From NCBI GenBank assembly GCA_963664875.1, contig OY761611.1, forward strand, positions 3,456,001-3,520,000: DNA of 64,000 nucleotides, in the 5' to 3' direction. The stretch is from Candidatus Kapaibacterium sp. (GTDB lineage Bacteria; Bacteroidota; Ignavibacteria; Kapaibacteriales; UBA2268). The position numbers and the translations under genes are program-made. The notes beneath the pieces were generated by a model that was given only the letters and a program-made list of their open reading frames with translations, did no database searches and was not told the origin of the DNA. This document shows, in pieces, positions 30,223 to 40,786 of the stretch (the first letter of the stretch is position 1; every line of letters begins with the position of its first letter).

Positions 30223-31035
30223 ATGCAAGATATTTTTCAGCAAATTTACGATGGCATTTTTAAGTTCAAACCGCTTAAAAAGTTTCTTAAAAGCGAATCA
30301 AACCACAGGGAGCTATTCCCTGTGGTTGGTTTTTTAGATGCCAAACGCAAAAAAGAATTAGAAAAAGCTTTAAATATTAAAATCAAAAATACTCAGTATT
30401 TTGAACAAGCTCTAATCCATCGCTCTTATCTGCAGGTACTTGGCAGGGGAGATGTACACTCCAATGAACGAATGGAATTTCTCGGCGATGCCATACTTGG
30501 TATGCTGATAGCCGAATATCTATTTTCTATGGATATGAGCATCCACGAAGGTGATCTTACTAAACTAAGAGCCAGGTTGGTCAATAAAAAATCATTGACT
30601 TATTGTGCATTAGACCTAAGACTCAATGATTTTTTAATGATGAGCTATAGCTGCCGCCATTCTTTGGATCAGGGTAATGACGCTCTGCTCGGAGACGCTA
30701 TGGAGGCTATAATAGCAGCTGTTTATCTCGATTCAGGTCTTCGTGAAACCAATGATTTTATTTTGAATAGATTAATTCCGACTCTATTAAATAAAAGTGT
30801 TTTGGAAGATACAAATTATAAAAGTAAATTGCTTGAGACTGTTCAGGCAAATGGAAAAGAAGCTCCTTCGTATTCGGTACTCGAAGCAAACGGTCCCGAC
30901 CACGACAAAGAGTTCAAAATTGGTGTCTATGTTGGTGGTGAGTTGCTCGCTGTCGGCATTGGCAAAAACAAAAGAGCTGCAGAGCAGAACGCTGCCTTTA
31001 CTGCTCTCGAAAAACTAAGCAATCTATTTTCATAA
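30223..31035 (+). CDS. rnc: Ribonuclease III
   Basis: NERMEFLGDAIL signature; C-terminal dsRBD. Confidence 0.96.
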   Translation: MQDIFQQIYDGIFKFKPLKKFLKSESNHRELFPVVGFLDAKRKKELEKALNIKIKNTQYFEQALIHRSYLQVLGRGDVHSNERMEFLGDAILGMLIAEYLFSMDMSIHEGDLTKLRARLVNKKSLTYCALDLRLNDFLMMSYSCRHSLDQGNDALLGDAMEAIIAAVYLDSGLRETNDFILNRLIPTLLNKSVLEDTNYKSKLLETVQANGKEAPSYSVLEANGPDHDKEFKIGVYVGGELLAVGIGKNKRAAEQNAAFTALEKLSNLFS

Positions 31036-31057
31036 CTAATATATATAGTGATGCGGT

Positions 31058-32509
31058 ATGGAAAAGTTAATATTTGAAAAATCTCGTCCGGGCCGTAAAG
31101 GATATACGCTCCCACAGTTAGATGTCGATACTGTTGCTGTTGATGCTCATATCCCGCAAGACCTTATCAGAAAAAATGACGCTGAATTACCTGAAATTAG
31201 CGAAAACGAAATCGCAAGACATTTCACAAAATTGTCTAAACTTAATTTCAATATAGAAGAAGGATTGTATCCTCTTGGTTCTTGTACCATGAAATACAAC
31301 CCTAAAGTAAACGAAGTTACGGCTTCTTTGCCGGGCTTTCTAAACGTTCACCCTTGTAGCCAGGAAGAGCACGCACAAGGTGCTTTGCAGTTAATGTACG
31401 AACTTGGTGAATCTTTGAAAGAAATCACAGGTCTCCCTGGTGTTTCTTTGCAGCCGGCTGCAGGTTCTCATGGTGAATTGACAAGTATCTTTATGTTCCG
31501 TGCTTACCATTTGCATAATGGCCAGCCACAAAGAAATAAAATCCTTATTCCTGATGCAGCTCATGGTACTAATCCTGCTTCTGCAGCTATCGGTGGTTTC
31601 CAAATCATCAACATCAACTCTACTGAAGACGGAAGAATTGATATCGCTGATTTGAAATCTAAAGTTGGCGACGATACAGCAGGTTTCATGATTACAAATC
31701 CTAATACTATTGGTTTGTTCGAACCGCAGATTCTTGAAATCAACAAGATTATCAAAGATGCAGGTGGTTTGCTTTACATGGATGGTGCCAATCTAAATGC
31801 TCTTATGGGTATTGCACGTCCGGGAGATATGGAATTTGATGCAGTTCACTTCAACTTGCACAAAACTATGTCAACTCCTCACGGTGGTGGTGGTCCGGGT
31901 GCAGGTCCAATTTGTGTTTCTGAAAGATTAAAACCATTCCTTCCTGTACCTCAAATCGAAAAAGAAGGCGATAAGTACATAATGATTATGGATAATAAAC
32001 TTTCTATCGGCAAAGTACATACTTTCTTTGGTAACTTTGGTGTGATGGTAAGAGCATATACTTATATCCGTATGCTTGGAGCTAAAGGCTTGAACGAAGC
32101 AAGCAAAAACGCTATCATCAATGCTAATTACCTATTCAAGCTAATCAAAGATAACTTTGAAGTGCCTTACGATGAATTCTGTATGCACGAATTTGTGATT
32201 AGTGGAGATAAGCAAAAAGAATTAGGCGTATCTACAAAAGATATAGCTAAAAGATTATTGGACTATGGATTCCATGCCCCTACAATCTATTTCCCATTGA
32301 TTGTACACGAATCTATGCTTATCGAACCAACTGAAACAGAAACTAAAGAAAGCTTGGAATCATTTGCGGATGCAATGAATGCAATAGCAAAAGAAGTAGA
32401 AACAAATCCTGATTTGGTGCTAAACTCACCTGTAACTACTCCGGTAAGAAGATTGGACGACGCATTAGCAGCAAGACAGCTAAACGTACGCTGGACAAAA
32501 CAGGCTTAA
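31058..32509 (+). CDS. gcvPB: Glycine dehydrogenase (decarboxylating) subunit 2
   Basis: PLGSCTMKYNP, AHGTNPASA, HFNLHKT...PHGGGGPG, IEPTETE. Confidence 0.96.
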   Translation: MEKLIFEKSRPGRKGYTLPQLDVDTVAVDAHIPQDLIRKNDAELPEISENEIARHFTKLSKLNFNIEEGLYPLGSCTMKYNPKVNEVTASLPGFLNVHPCSQEEHAQGALQLMYELGESLKEITGLPGVSLQPAAGSHGELTSIFMFRAYHLHNGQPQRNKILIPDAAHGTNPASAAIGGFQIININSTEDGRIDIADLKSKVGDDTAGFMITNPNTIGLFEPQILEINKIIKDAGGLLYMDGANLNALMGIARPGDMEFDAVHFNLHKTMSTPHGGGGPGAGPICVSERLKPFLPVPQIEKEGDKYIMIMDNKLSIGKVHTFFGNFGVMVRAYTYIRMLGAKGLNEASKNAIINANYLFKLIKDNFEVPYDEFCMHEFVISGDKQKELGVSTKDIAKRLLDYGFHAPTIYFPLIVHESMLIEPTETETKESLESFADAMNAIAKEVETNPDLVLNSPVTTPVRRLDDALAARQLNVRWTKQA

Positions 32510-32532
32510 TTTTGCTTTTAATATGAATTATG

Positions 32533-32564
32533 AAAAAAGCGCTACGTTTTTCGTAGCGCTTTTT
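32533..32564 (+). terminator. Intrinsic terminator after gcvPB
   Basis: aaaaaagcgctacg-tttt-tcgtagcgcttttt. Confidence 0.85.
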
Positions 32565-32805
32565 ACATATATACTAAATTAGATGGTGGAATGTATTAGT
32601 GATTCACTTTAATAGATTCACTAATGTAGAAATCACTACACAAATGCTGTAGACTGCTAATCCAAAATATTTATTTTTTATGTTAGTCTTTGCTAATGTA
32701 AGATTCTAGTGCGATAGTTTTTGTATAGTTTTGGATATCCGATTCAAACGATATTTTAGAAGAGAATCTTAGAATATAATTCGATCATTCGAGCGATAGA
32801 AATTT

Positions 32806-33132
32806 ATGAAAGATACTTTGAATATTGAATTTATCGACAGAAAAGATCAGGCTTCTGATTATGACTGGGCTAATATCTCTTTGGGTGATGAACGGGTTGG
32901 CAAAGCTCGCTGTCTCATAGAAGGTAAGACTCTTGTTATATACTCGATCAATATCTATCCTGAGTTTCAGGGAAGGCACTACGGTGCGGAATTTGTAGAG
33001 CGTGCCAAACAGCACTACGAAACTTTAATTGCAGACAGAGTAAGATTTAATGCTATCGGGTTTTGGGAAAAAATGGGTTTTATCAAGTACGACAGAGATA
33101 ATTATATATACAAAAAGGGCAATTCTAAATAG
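32806..33132 (+). CDS. GNAT family N-acetyltransferase
   Basis: INIYPEFQGRHYG acetyl-CoA motif, AIGFWEKMGF. Confidence 0.85.
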   Translation: MKDTLNIEFIDRKDQASDYDWANISLGDERVGKARCLIEGKTLVIYSINIYPEFQGRHYGAEFVERAKQHYETLIADRVRFNAIGFWEKMGFIKYDRDNYIYKKGNSK

Positions 33133-33147
33133 ACTTTTCATTTGCTC

Positions 33148-35370
33148 TTAGTATTCGGTTCGCGATTTCCGTTCTTTTTGTAAGGCTTTTAGGTAGAGAC
33201 GGAGCCTGTAAAGCTCATCCATAGAGAGCTGACTATCCATCCTTGTGAAGACCTGAGTGATTTTGTCAAAACCTATATTGTAAAATGCTTCGGTAGCCGC
33301 TTCCAATAGATATTTAGGAATAAAAATCTGCTTTTTGAAGTAGTCGCTCGGAAGTTTGTGCCCTTCGTCAATCATATATTCGATTATTCTATAAAGAGCC
33401 ACAGGCTTTAGTGCCAAAGTATCAATCATAGTGTCAATACTTTCCTTTTCTTTAATCATATTAGAGATATTTGAGCGCGTATCTCCCGTAGTTGATGTAG
33501 TAGTTTTGCTAGTTTTGGGACTGCTTTTCTGTGGCACGGGCAATGAAATGTTAGATGTAGAAAAATCAATATTGGTATTGACATTTTTAATGCCTTTTTT
33601 GATACAATAGTCTTTGATTTCCTTGCTAAATGCCGCTCCGTATTTTTGATATTTCTTTTTACCTACACCGGTTGCTGCCATCATAGAATCTTTGCTGATA
33701 GTATAGAACTTAGCAAATTCGAGTAGAGTTTTATCGCCAAAAATAGCATAAGGAGGCAGATTATTATCATTAGCAAGAGATTTTCTGACTCCTCGAAGAA
33801 CTTCAAACAGCTCTTGCGAATGTGAAGTAGCGGCAGGAACCGAGCGTTTGGCTTTACCGGAAAGATATCCGAAAACAAGCATTTTGCTTTTAAAAACTTC
33901 TTTTGACTTATCATTTAGAGAGAGCACTCCCTCTTTATCATCAAATAAATCTTGTTGCCAAAACTGTGCAACGACTTTTTCCCATTGCTCTTTGGAATAT
34001 TCTTTGCCGATACCGTAAGTGGAAACTTTGTTTAGCTCATTTTTATAAATTGCGGTTGTAATCTGACCTGTAAGAGTGTCTATTACTGTTTCCAAATCAT
34101 GTTTCTGTCCAACTCGGTATATGCAGGAAAGAAACTTTTTGGCAGGTATGGTCAAATCGATTACAGATTCATCTTCTTCCGTGCAGCAATCGCACATTCC
34201 GCAGTTTGAATCAGCATTTTTTTCGCCAAAATAATTGAGAACAAATGCTTTCCTGCAGGTATTCGCCTCACAGAAGCTTACCATTTTTTTAAGCTGTTCG
34301 CGAGCAACTTTCTGCTCTTTTGCTTCTTTTTGATCTATAAAAAATTCGATTTTAAATTTATCGGCATAGCTATACATCAGCAGGCAGTTTGCTCTTAGTC
34401 CGTCTCTGCCGGCTCTTCCGATTTCCTGATAATACGACTCGAGACTTTTAGGCAAATCGTGGTGGATCACAAATCTGACGTTTGGTTTATTTATGCCCAT
34501 ACCAAAAGCAATAGTTGCAACGATAATATTAACATCATCGCGAATAAATCTATCCTGATTATTATGCCTTGTGGTCTCGTTAAGTCCTGCATGGTATGGC
34601 AGCACAGAGTAGCCGTCTTTTTGCAGTTTTTCAGAAATTTCTTCGGTTTGCTTTCTGGAAAAGCAATAAATAATACCTGATTGGCCCGGGAATCGGTTAA
34701 TAAATGATTTGAGTTGCCGATACGGATTGTTTTTTTCGATAACCTGAAGATATAAATTTTCTCTATTGAAAGAAGAAATAAAAGATTTCTCGTTTTCAAA
34801 ATTGAGATTTTTTATAATATCCTGTCTTACTTTGGGAGTCGCAGTAGCAGTAAGTGCTACGCAGGCAGCTTCAGGAAGCAATTTCCTTACTTCAGCAATT
34901 TGCCTATACTCCGGTCTGAAATCGTGACCCCACTCAGAGATACAATGCGCTTCGTCCACTGTGATACATTCAATAGGCACAGAGCGAAGAAGCTCTAAAA
35001 TCTGAGGTCTGAAAAGAGATTCCGGAGCTAAGTAGAGCAACTTGACTTTGCCCTGTTTTACAAGCTCGTAGTTGTATTTATATTCTTCTAATGGTATAGA
35101 ACTATTAAGCATCACAGCAGAAATACCATATTCGAGGAGCTGCTGCACCTGATCTTTCATAAGCGAAATAAGAGGCGAAATAACAATGGTAATCCCTTCG
35201 AAAATCAAAGCCGGAATCTGATAGCACAAGGACTTTCCTCCACCTGTAGGCATGATAACAAGTGTATCTTTCTTTTCGAGTACATTGGCGATAGCTTCGC
35301 CCTGCAGCTCTCTGAAAGCTTTATACCCAAAAACAGATTGAAGCAACTCCAAGTGTTTAGATTTTGACAA
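33148..35370 (-). CDS. recQ: ATP-dependent DNA helicase RecQ
   Basis: MPTGGGKSLCYQ, VDEAHCISEWGHDFRPEY, Zn-binding Cys cluster, RQC and HRDC domains. Confidence 0.96.
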   Translation of the reverse strand: MSKSKHLELLQSVFGYKAFRELQGEAIANVLEKKDTLVIMPTGGGKSLCYQIPALIFEGITIVISPLISLMKDQVQQLLEYGISAVMLNSSIPLEEYKYNYELVKQGKVKLLYLAPESLFRPQILELLRSVPIECITVDEAHCISEWGHDFRPEYRQIAEVRKLLPEAACVALTATATPKVRQDIIKNLNFENEKSFISSFNRENLYLQVIEKNNPYRQLKSFINRFPGQSGIIYCFSRKQTEEISEKLQKDGYSVLPYHAGLNETTRHNNQDRFIRDDVNIIVATIAFGMGINKPNVRFVIHHDLPKSLESYYQEIGRAGRDGLRANCLLMYSYADKFKIEFFIDQKEAKEQKVAREQLKKMVSFCEANTCRKAFVLNYFGEKNADSNCGMCDCCTEEDESVIDLTIPAKKFLSCIYRVGQKHDLETVIDTLTGQITTAIYKNELNKVSTYGIGKEYSKEQWEKVVAQFWQQDLFDDKEGVLSLNDKSKEVFKSKMLVFGYLSGKAKRSVPAATSHSQELFEVLRGVRKSLANDNNLPPYAIFGDKTLLEFAKFYTISKDSMMAATGVGKKKYQKYGAAFSKEIKDYCIKKGIKNVNTNIDFSTSNISLPVPQKSSPKTSKTTTSTTGDTRSNISNMIKEKESIDTMIDTLALKPVALYRIIEYMIDEGHKLPSDYFKKQIFIPKYLLEAATEAFYNIGFDKITQVFTRMDSQLSMDELYRLRLYLKALQKERKSRTEY

Positions 35371-35527
35371 AGTATTTCCTAAAATGCTGAAACTACCAAC
35401 AACAATAGTAGTTAATTAGTATGCAAAGAGCAAAAATAATCTACTAATGTGGAAAAAGAAGGGAATTACATTGCATCTCGGGTAATATTTGGTTTAATAC
35501 TTTGCTTTAGGAAATCAGAGCAGGTAT

Positions 35528-36277
35528 CTACTGATCCAGCCATTTTTTGAAATCCGGAGCTCTTTCTACACTGACAATTACCTCGCTGTCCTCCGACGAA
35601 GGGGTCAGATTTAATTTCACTCTACTCCTCGACCAAGCTGTCATGCCGGCAATGGAATCGATATTTATGAGATATTGGCGATTTATGCGAAAAAATCTTT
35701 CGGGATCCAATACTTTTTCCAGAGCCTCTAAAGTCAAATCCACCGGATATAAAGAATTATCAAAGCATTTGAAAAAAACATTTTTATTGGAGGAGAAGAA
35801 ATATGCTATATCGGAGCATTTTATATTTTTCAATTTAGAGCCCACTTGCACAAGAAATCTTTTTTTATAAACTTTTTCTTCGCGAATGCCCTTGGCTATT
35901 TCTGAATAATCGCTCAGTAAAGTATCTTTCAAATTATTGATTTTTTCAAGTGCAGCTTCAAGGTCAGTTTTTCTTATTGGTTTGAGGAGATAGTCTATGC
36001 TGTTAAGCTGGAAGGCACGGATAGCGTATTTTTCATAAGCGCTTGTAAATATGATAGGAGTTGAAATTTTTACTATATCAAATATACTAAAGCTAATCCC
36101 ATCAGAAAGATGTATATCCAAAAATATTAAATCTGCCTTATTATCTTTTAGCCACTCCACCGATTCTTTGATTGAAGAAAGCAAAGCAAGTATCTCAATG
36201 TTTGGGTCGATATCAGTTAGCATTTCTGCCAATCTTTCAGCAGCAATTCTCTCATCTTCAATAATTATTATCTTCAT
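35528..36277 (-). CDS. LytTR family two-component response regulator
   Basis: MKIIIIEDE, FLDIHL, DYLLKP, FFRINRQY; ATG at 36277. Confidence 0.93.
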   Translation of the reverse strand: MKIIIIEDERIAAERLAEMLTDIDPNIEILALLSSIKESVEWLKDNKADLIFLDIHLSDGISFSIFDIVKISTPIIFTSAYEKYAIRAFQLNSIDYLLKPIRKTDLEAALEKINNLKDTLLSDYSEIAKGIREEKVYKKRFLVQVGSKLKNIKCSDIAYFFSSNKNVFFKCFDNSLYPVDLTLEALEKVLDPERFFRINRQYLINIDSIAGMTAWSRSRVKLNLTPSSEDSEVIVSVERAPDFKKWLDQ

Positions 36278-37349
36278 TGTCGTCAGCCACAATAATTGGG
36301 AATTTGCAATAATAAAAATTATCTTCATTATAATACAAAGGCATTTGGGAGCCTAATATTTTATACCTGTGCGAAATATTTTCCTGACCTTTGCCGGTTG
36401 AATTGTTGCCACCTGCCCTGTCTTGCAAATTATTTGCAACAACAATATATTGATTATCTTTATAGATATATATCTGCAAAGGTTTCTCTGCTGAAGCTGC
36501 ATTGTGCTTAATCGCATTTTCCACAGCAGATTGCAAAGTCAGTGGGGGCAGTTTTGAAATGCAATTATTCAAATCTATTTCGATTTTAAGAACATCTCCG
36601 TATCTTATTTTCAAAAGTGAAATATATGCTTTTACAAAATCGATTTCTTCTTCAATATCGATTAGTTCGTAATCCATAGTTTCCACTACATAGCGATAAA
36701 CATAAGCCAAATCTTCGGTAAATCGTTTGGCTTTTTGGGTGTCGATATCTATCAGGCTGATAAGAATGTTCAGAGAGTTAAACAAAAAATGTGGATCAGA
36801 TTGGTTTTTCAAAACAAGCATTTTTAAATCATTTACTTCCAAAGCGAGTTTTTCTTTGTCGTCTTTCTCTTTGTTTTTTTCAAACAGAGCTATCCAAAGT
36901 TCGAGCACTGCAGTAATAAGCACATTTGCTACAGATATTATCAATATATTATTTATGATAACTTCAACTAAAGGCTCTTTGTAGGAGTTTATAAACTCTG
37001 AGAGTAGGGTAAGCAATATTGCCATAATTACGGCAATGACAACGATCAGAAGAGCTTCTAAAAGTGTTCTGAAAAATGGGGAATGACTCCAAGTGTATCT
37101 TTGATTGAGAAAAGCAATAACATACAAATCCATATATGCCACTACAACCGAAGAGAGATAGCTAAAAGTAAAACTATAGCTCAATCTTGCCCAAAATGCT
37201 CCAAAACTATTGATTTCTACGTACCCGGTGAACCCGATATAAGCTATAACTATTGTTTCTATTATCAAAACAAAAGCAGCGCATAATATCAGCATTCTTT
37301 TCAAAGGTATAATAGAATTTAGATATGCAATGCTCATACGAACAATCAT
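36258..37349 (-). CDS. LytS/YehU-type sensor histidine kinase
   Basis: TM N-terminus; DPHFLFNSLN, VENAIKHN, GKGQENI. Confidence 0.9.
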   Translation of the reverse strand: MIVRMSIAYLNSIIPLKRMLILCAAFVLIIETIVIAYIGFTGYVEINSFGAFWARLSYSFTFSYLSSVVVAYMDLYVIAFLNQRYTWSHSPFFRTLLEALLIVVIAVIMAILLTLLSEFINSYKEPLVEVIINNILIISVANVLITAVLELWIALFEKNKEKDDKEKLALEVNDLKMLVLKNQSDPHFLFNSLNILISLIDIDTQKAKRFTEDLAYVYRYVVETMDYELIDIEEEIDFVKAYISLLKIRYGDVLKIEIDLNNCISKLPPLTLQSAVENAIKHNAASAEKPLQIYIYKDNQYIVVANNLQDRAGGNNSTGKGQENISHRYKILGSQMPLYYNEDNFYYCKFPIIVADDNEDNNY

Positions 37350-37488
37350 TTCATTTTCAGTAATAAGTTAAACAATATAGCTCAAAAAGTGCGGATTGCA
37401 AAAAGAGAAATGACTACCGCTTGTATATAACCTCACACATTTAAACTTAACAAGCAGCAGTCATTTCATTTTAGGGCGAATCATGTAG

Positions 37489-38568
37489 TCAAAACTTAGG
37501 TTTCTCCGGTAATAAAGGGAATTTTGAATAATACTTGCCACCTTCGGAAAAATATATCGGCAATATTTCTGTGATAATTGCATATCTTTTATTTATATTT
37601 CTTTGCCCGATACCCGATGAGTATTCTCGCGAATACTTGTATTGAACGTTATTTACTACGTATATGGAATCATGTTGGCAATAAATATTTATCATAAGTG
37701 GCGAAATATCAGATAAAGAATTATGCTTTAATGCATTTTCTACTGCAAACTGCAGGCACAAAGGAGGTAGCCACCAATCTAAATATTCTTCTGTTTTTTG
37801 AATATGGAAAATAATTTTGTTTGAGAACCTAATTTCTAATAAAAACCGATAGGATTCTAAGAATTCCAACTCTTGCGACAGTCTGACACATTTAGAATCT
37901 ATGGTTTCTAAAACATATCTGTAAATCAGAGAAAGCTCGTCGAAAAACTTTTGTGCTCTTTCCGGTTCTGTGCCTATAAGTCCGCTCATAGTATTTAGAC
38001 TGTTGAAAATAAAATGAGGCTCAATCTGACTTTTCAGCACTTCATACTTCAGATTGCTTATTTCTGATTCCATGATTTGCTCTTTGAGCTCAGATTTGTT
38101 CTTTTCAAAAAGTGAAACCCAAAACTCCAGTATTATCATCAACATAAAATTGCTTACTATGCTAATCATAATGTTATTGATGAAAGCACAATAAAAGCTT
38201 TCGGGGTATTTATGTATCAAACTTGCAATGCCTGTAAGCAAAAAAGCAGTAAACACTCCTAAAATAGAAACAAAAAGTATCTCAAAGATTACTCTTTTTA
38301 CTATTCTGCCATTCCACGAAGCGTAGTAGTCTAAAAAAGCGATTACCCTCAAATCGAGGTATGCTACTATATAGCCACCCAGAAAAGCAATGGCTACACT
38401 CATCAAGTATCTGTAAAGCAAGATAGAAATGCTTGATATTGGTGCATAATTGATATAATCAAGATATATAGTAATAAACAACTGAATAAACGCCACATAT
38501 ACCAGCACAACACCTGCAAGCTGGCGTGGCGATAATATCTTGTTTATTTCTGATACTTTCATGATCAT
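37489..38568 (-). CDS. LytS/YehU-type sensor histidine kinase (second)
   Basis: EPHFIFNSLN, VENALKHN, SGIGQRNI. Confidence 0.9.
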   Translation of the reverse strand: MIMKVSEINKILSPRQLAGVVLVYVAFIQLFITIYLDYINYAPISSISILLYRYLMSVAIAFLGGYIVAYLDLRVIAFLDYYASWNGRIVKRVIFEILFVSILGVFTAFLLTGIASLIHKYPESFYCAFINNIMISIVSNFMLMIILEFWVSLFEKNKSELKEQIMESEISNLKYEVLKSQIEPHFIFNSLNTMSGLIGTEPERAQKFFDELSLIYRYVLETIDSKCVRLSQELEFLESYRFLLEIRFSNKIIFHIQKTEEYLDWWLPPLCLQFAVENALKHNSLSDISPLMINIYCQHDSIYVVNNVQYKYSREYSSGIGQRNINKRYAIITEILPIYFSEGGKYYSKFPLLPEKPKF

Positions 38569-38738
38569 ATCTCATATTAATTTATTTTCAAAAAGCTAAG
38601 CAAATTTGCCTTTACTTCCTAAATAAAATCTTTTGTCCGGGGAGAGAGGGAAGCTGCCGCCATGAGTTTGAACTTATAATTTACACCGAGTAGAATTTCG
38701 GCGACAGCTTCACTTTGTGAGTACATCTTGGGTCTTGT

Positions 38739-39365
38739 TTATTTTATTTGATATCGGAGTGTCAATCCACCGGTTATCGTATTGAGCAAAAACTCGTCTG
38801 TTTGATGTAACTCAATCGGAGAGGTTAATTTGAAGGATAACGTAAATCCAATCCACCACTGAGAGAAGAGCTTATATGAGATTTCGCCCGCCAACATATT
38901 TACGACGAACTCATCTCTGTCAACAGTTTTTTCATACCAGAGCTTACCTGCTCTGTATTTTTTATCTAATTCATATTTTACTATTCCGCTTGCTGTTGTG
39001 TAGCGAAATGTAAGCAAAATATCGTCACTGCATTTTGTATTATATTCCAAAAACAAACCTGCATAGCCGCCTTCCATTTGGAACGTGCCTTCGAGGTCAG
39101 AACTACTAAGTGTGTGATTGTAATATAGCCCGGAACCTACTATACCTAAGTTCCAATGAGTCCCAACAGGAAAGCTGTAATCTAAGGAAAATATACCTGC
39201 GGGTTTTGCCATTACTTCAGTATATTCCATACTGAAACCAACACTGCTGCTTTTGATTTCTGTGTGAGAAGCAGCCTCATTCTGATTTAGATTTTCATTT
39301 CCCAAAGCGTTGTAAAATGCTATCAACAACAAGATGATGATATACATTAGCTGTCTGAGTGACAT
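38739..39365 (-). CDS. Exported hypothetical protein, probable small outer-membrane beta-barrel
   Basis: Signal peptide; alternating beta-strand pattern, GGYAGLFLEY, C-terminal GGLTLRY. Confidence 0.6.
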   Translation of the reverse strand: MSLRQLMYIIILLLIAFYNALGNENLNQNEAASHTEIKSSSVGFSMEYTEVMAKPAGIFSLDYSFPVGTHWNLGIVGSGLYYNHTLSSSDLEGTFQMEGGYAGLFLEYNTKCSDDILLTFRYTTASGIVKYELDKKYRAGKLWYEKTVDRDEFVVNMLAGEISYKLFSQWWIGFTLSFKLTSPIELHQTDEFLLNTITGGLTLRYQIK

Positions 39366-39403
39366 AAAATCTATAGCCCTAAATGTGTTTAATAATTACA
39401 ATA

Positions 39404-39497
39404 CAAACTTAGCACTCTTATCTGCCTTGATAAACTAAATCAAGACGAACCTGCAAAATCAGATACTAAGGATGTTAAAATGAATGATGAAACTGTA
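39404..39497 (-). promoter_or_regulatory. Putative LytTR-dependent promoter (three 21-bp-spaced direct repeats plus TAAGTTTG -7 element)
   Basis: Minus strand TACAGTTTCATC (39497-39486), AACATCCTTAGT (39476-39465), TGCAGGTTCGTC (39455-39444), then TAAGTTTG (39411-39404). Confidence 0.5.
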
Positions 39498-39648
39498 TTT
39501 TCTGTTTATTTTGAAGTTTATTTTTTATTGGACTCAATATATATAGATTGCTCCAAAGCTCTGTGATTGCAAATTATAAGATTTTTATTTTTTAAATACA
39601 TCCGCCTTTTTATCGTTTATGCTACATACACTAACAGACAGGTCTGAT

Positions 39649-40401
39649 ATGCCTTTTTTTGATTTCAATGATAATAAAATATATTACAATGTAACCGGCA
39701 GCGGTTATCCTTTACTCCTCTTACACGGGAACAGTGTCTCCTCCAATATGTTTAGATTTGATATTCCTTTTTTTGAAGAAAATTTCAAAGTTATAGTTTT
39801 TGACTGGCATGGACACGGACAGTCCGGTAGAGTTGCCAGATTTAGAGATGACTTTTGGAAATATAATGCCGAAACTGCAAATGCTCTGCTTGATCATCTG
39901 GGAATTGAAGAGCTTTACGCCATAGGTACGAGTGGAGGTGCTCTCACCGGATTTAATATGCTTACTCAACGCAAAGGTAGAATTAAGAAATTTATAGCTG
40001 ACAGTTTCCTTGGGATGTCTCTTACTGAAGAAGAAGCCTATGGCATCGCCAAAAAAAGGACACAAGCACTTGCTCACAATTTCATGACGCAACAGTTCTG
40101 GAGATTCCAGCATGGTGAGGATTGGCACAAAGTTGTGCTAAACGACATAAATCTTATGGAAAGACTTGGGAAATACAATCTTAAAACAGTTTGGGGCGAT
40201 TTAAGCAAAATCGATGCTGAGGTGCTTGCCACAGGTAGTTACGACGATGAGCTGCTTCCTGATTTGGAGCTCAAAATGCGAACTATCACCGATTTGATTC
40301 CGAATGCGGAGTTGAAAATGTTTGAAAAAGGAAAACATCCTTTTATGATTACTCAAAAGGCGGAATTTAGAGAACTCGCAATGGATTTTTTTAATGCCTG
40401 A
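39649..40401 (+). CDS. Alpha/beta fold hydrolase
   Basis: LLLHG, DWHGHGQS, GTSGG nucleophile elbow, C-terminal His (GKHP). Confidence 0.88.
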   Translation: MPFFDFNDNKIYYNVTGSGYPLLLLHGNSVSSNMFRFDIPFFEENFKVIVFDWHGHGQSGRVARFRDDFWKYNAETANALLDHLGIEELYAIGTSGGALTGFNMLTQRKGRIKKFIADSFLGMSLTEEEAYGIAKKRTQALAHNFMTQQFWRFQHGEDWHKVVLNDINLMERLGKYNLKTVWGDLSKIDAEVLATGSYDDELLPDLELKMRTITDLIPNAELKMFEKGKHPFMITQKAEFRELAMDFFNA

Positions 40402-40786
40402 CAAAGGTTCTTATCAGCTCTTGATAGAAGTCAAAACCGAATTGAGCCTTAAAATCGGAGCACTGGGAGTATTTACTTTTCCTAAGGGATTTTATACTTA
40501 TTCAGGGAGTGCTATGAACAATCTAACTAAAAGGATAGAAAGACATTGCACAAAAGATAAGAAACTCAGATGGCACATAGATTATCTGACTTCTGCTGAT
40601 CATGTAGCGATTATAGAAACTTTGTCTGTCAAATCAGAATCAAATATTGAATGTAGGCTCAATCAGGAATTAGAGTTACAAGGCGGATTGCCGATAATTC
40701 CTAAGTTTGGGTCTTCCGATTGCAAAAAGTGCAAATCTCACCTGCAATATTTTAGCGGGCTTAGACCAAATCTTTCGGGAGTATGA
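40394..40786 (+). CDS. DUF123 / GIY-YIG (Uri) family nuclease
   Basis: KGSYQL, YTYSGSA, RIERH...RWHIDYL, FGSSDC..C.SHL. Confidence 0.85.
   Translation: MPDKGSYQLLIEVKTELSLKIGALGVFTFPKGFYTYSGSAMNNLTKRIERHCTKDKKLRWHIDYLTSADHVAIIETLSVKSESNIECRLNQELELQGGLPIIPKFGSSDCKKCKSHLQYFSGLRPNLSGV

Noticed and set aside
31058-32509. gcvPB without gcvPA (and pyrB without pyrC/pyrR)
   Set aside because: Scattered pathway genes are common; partners are probably elsewhere in the genome
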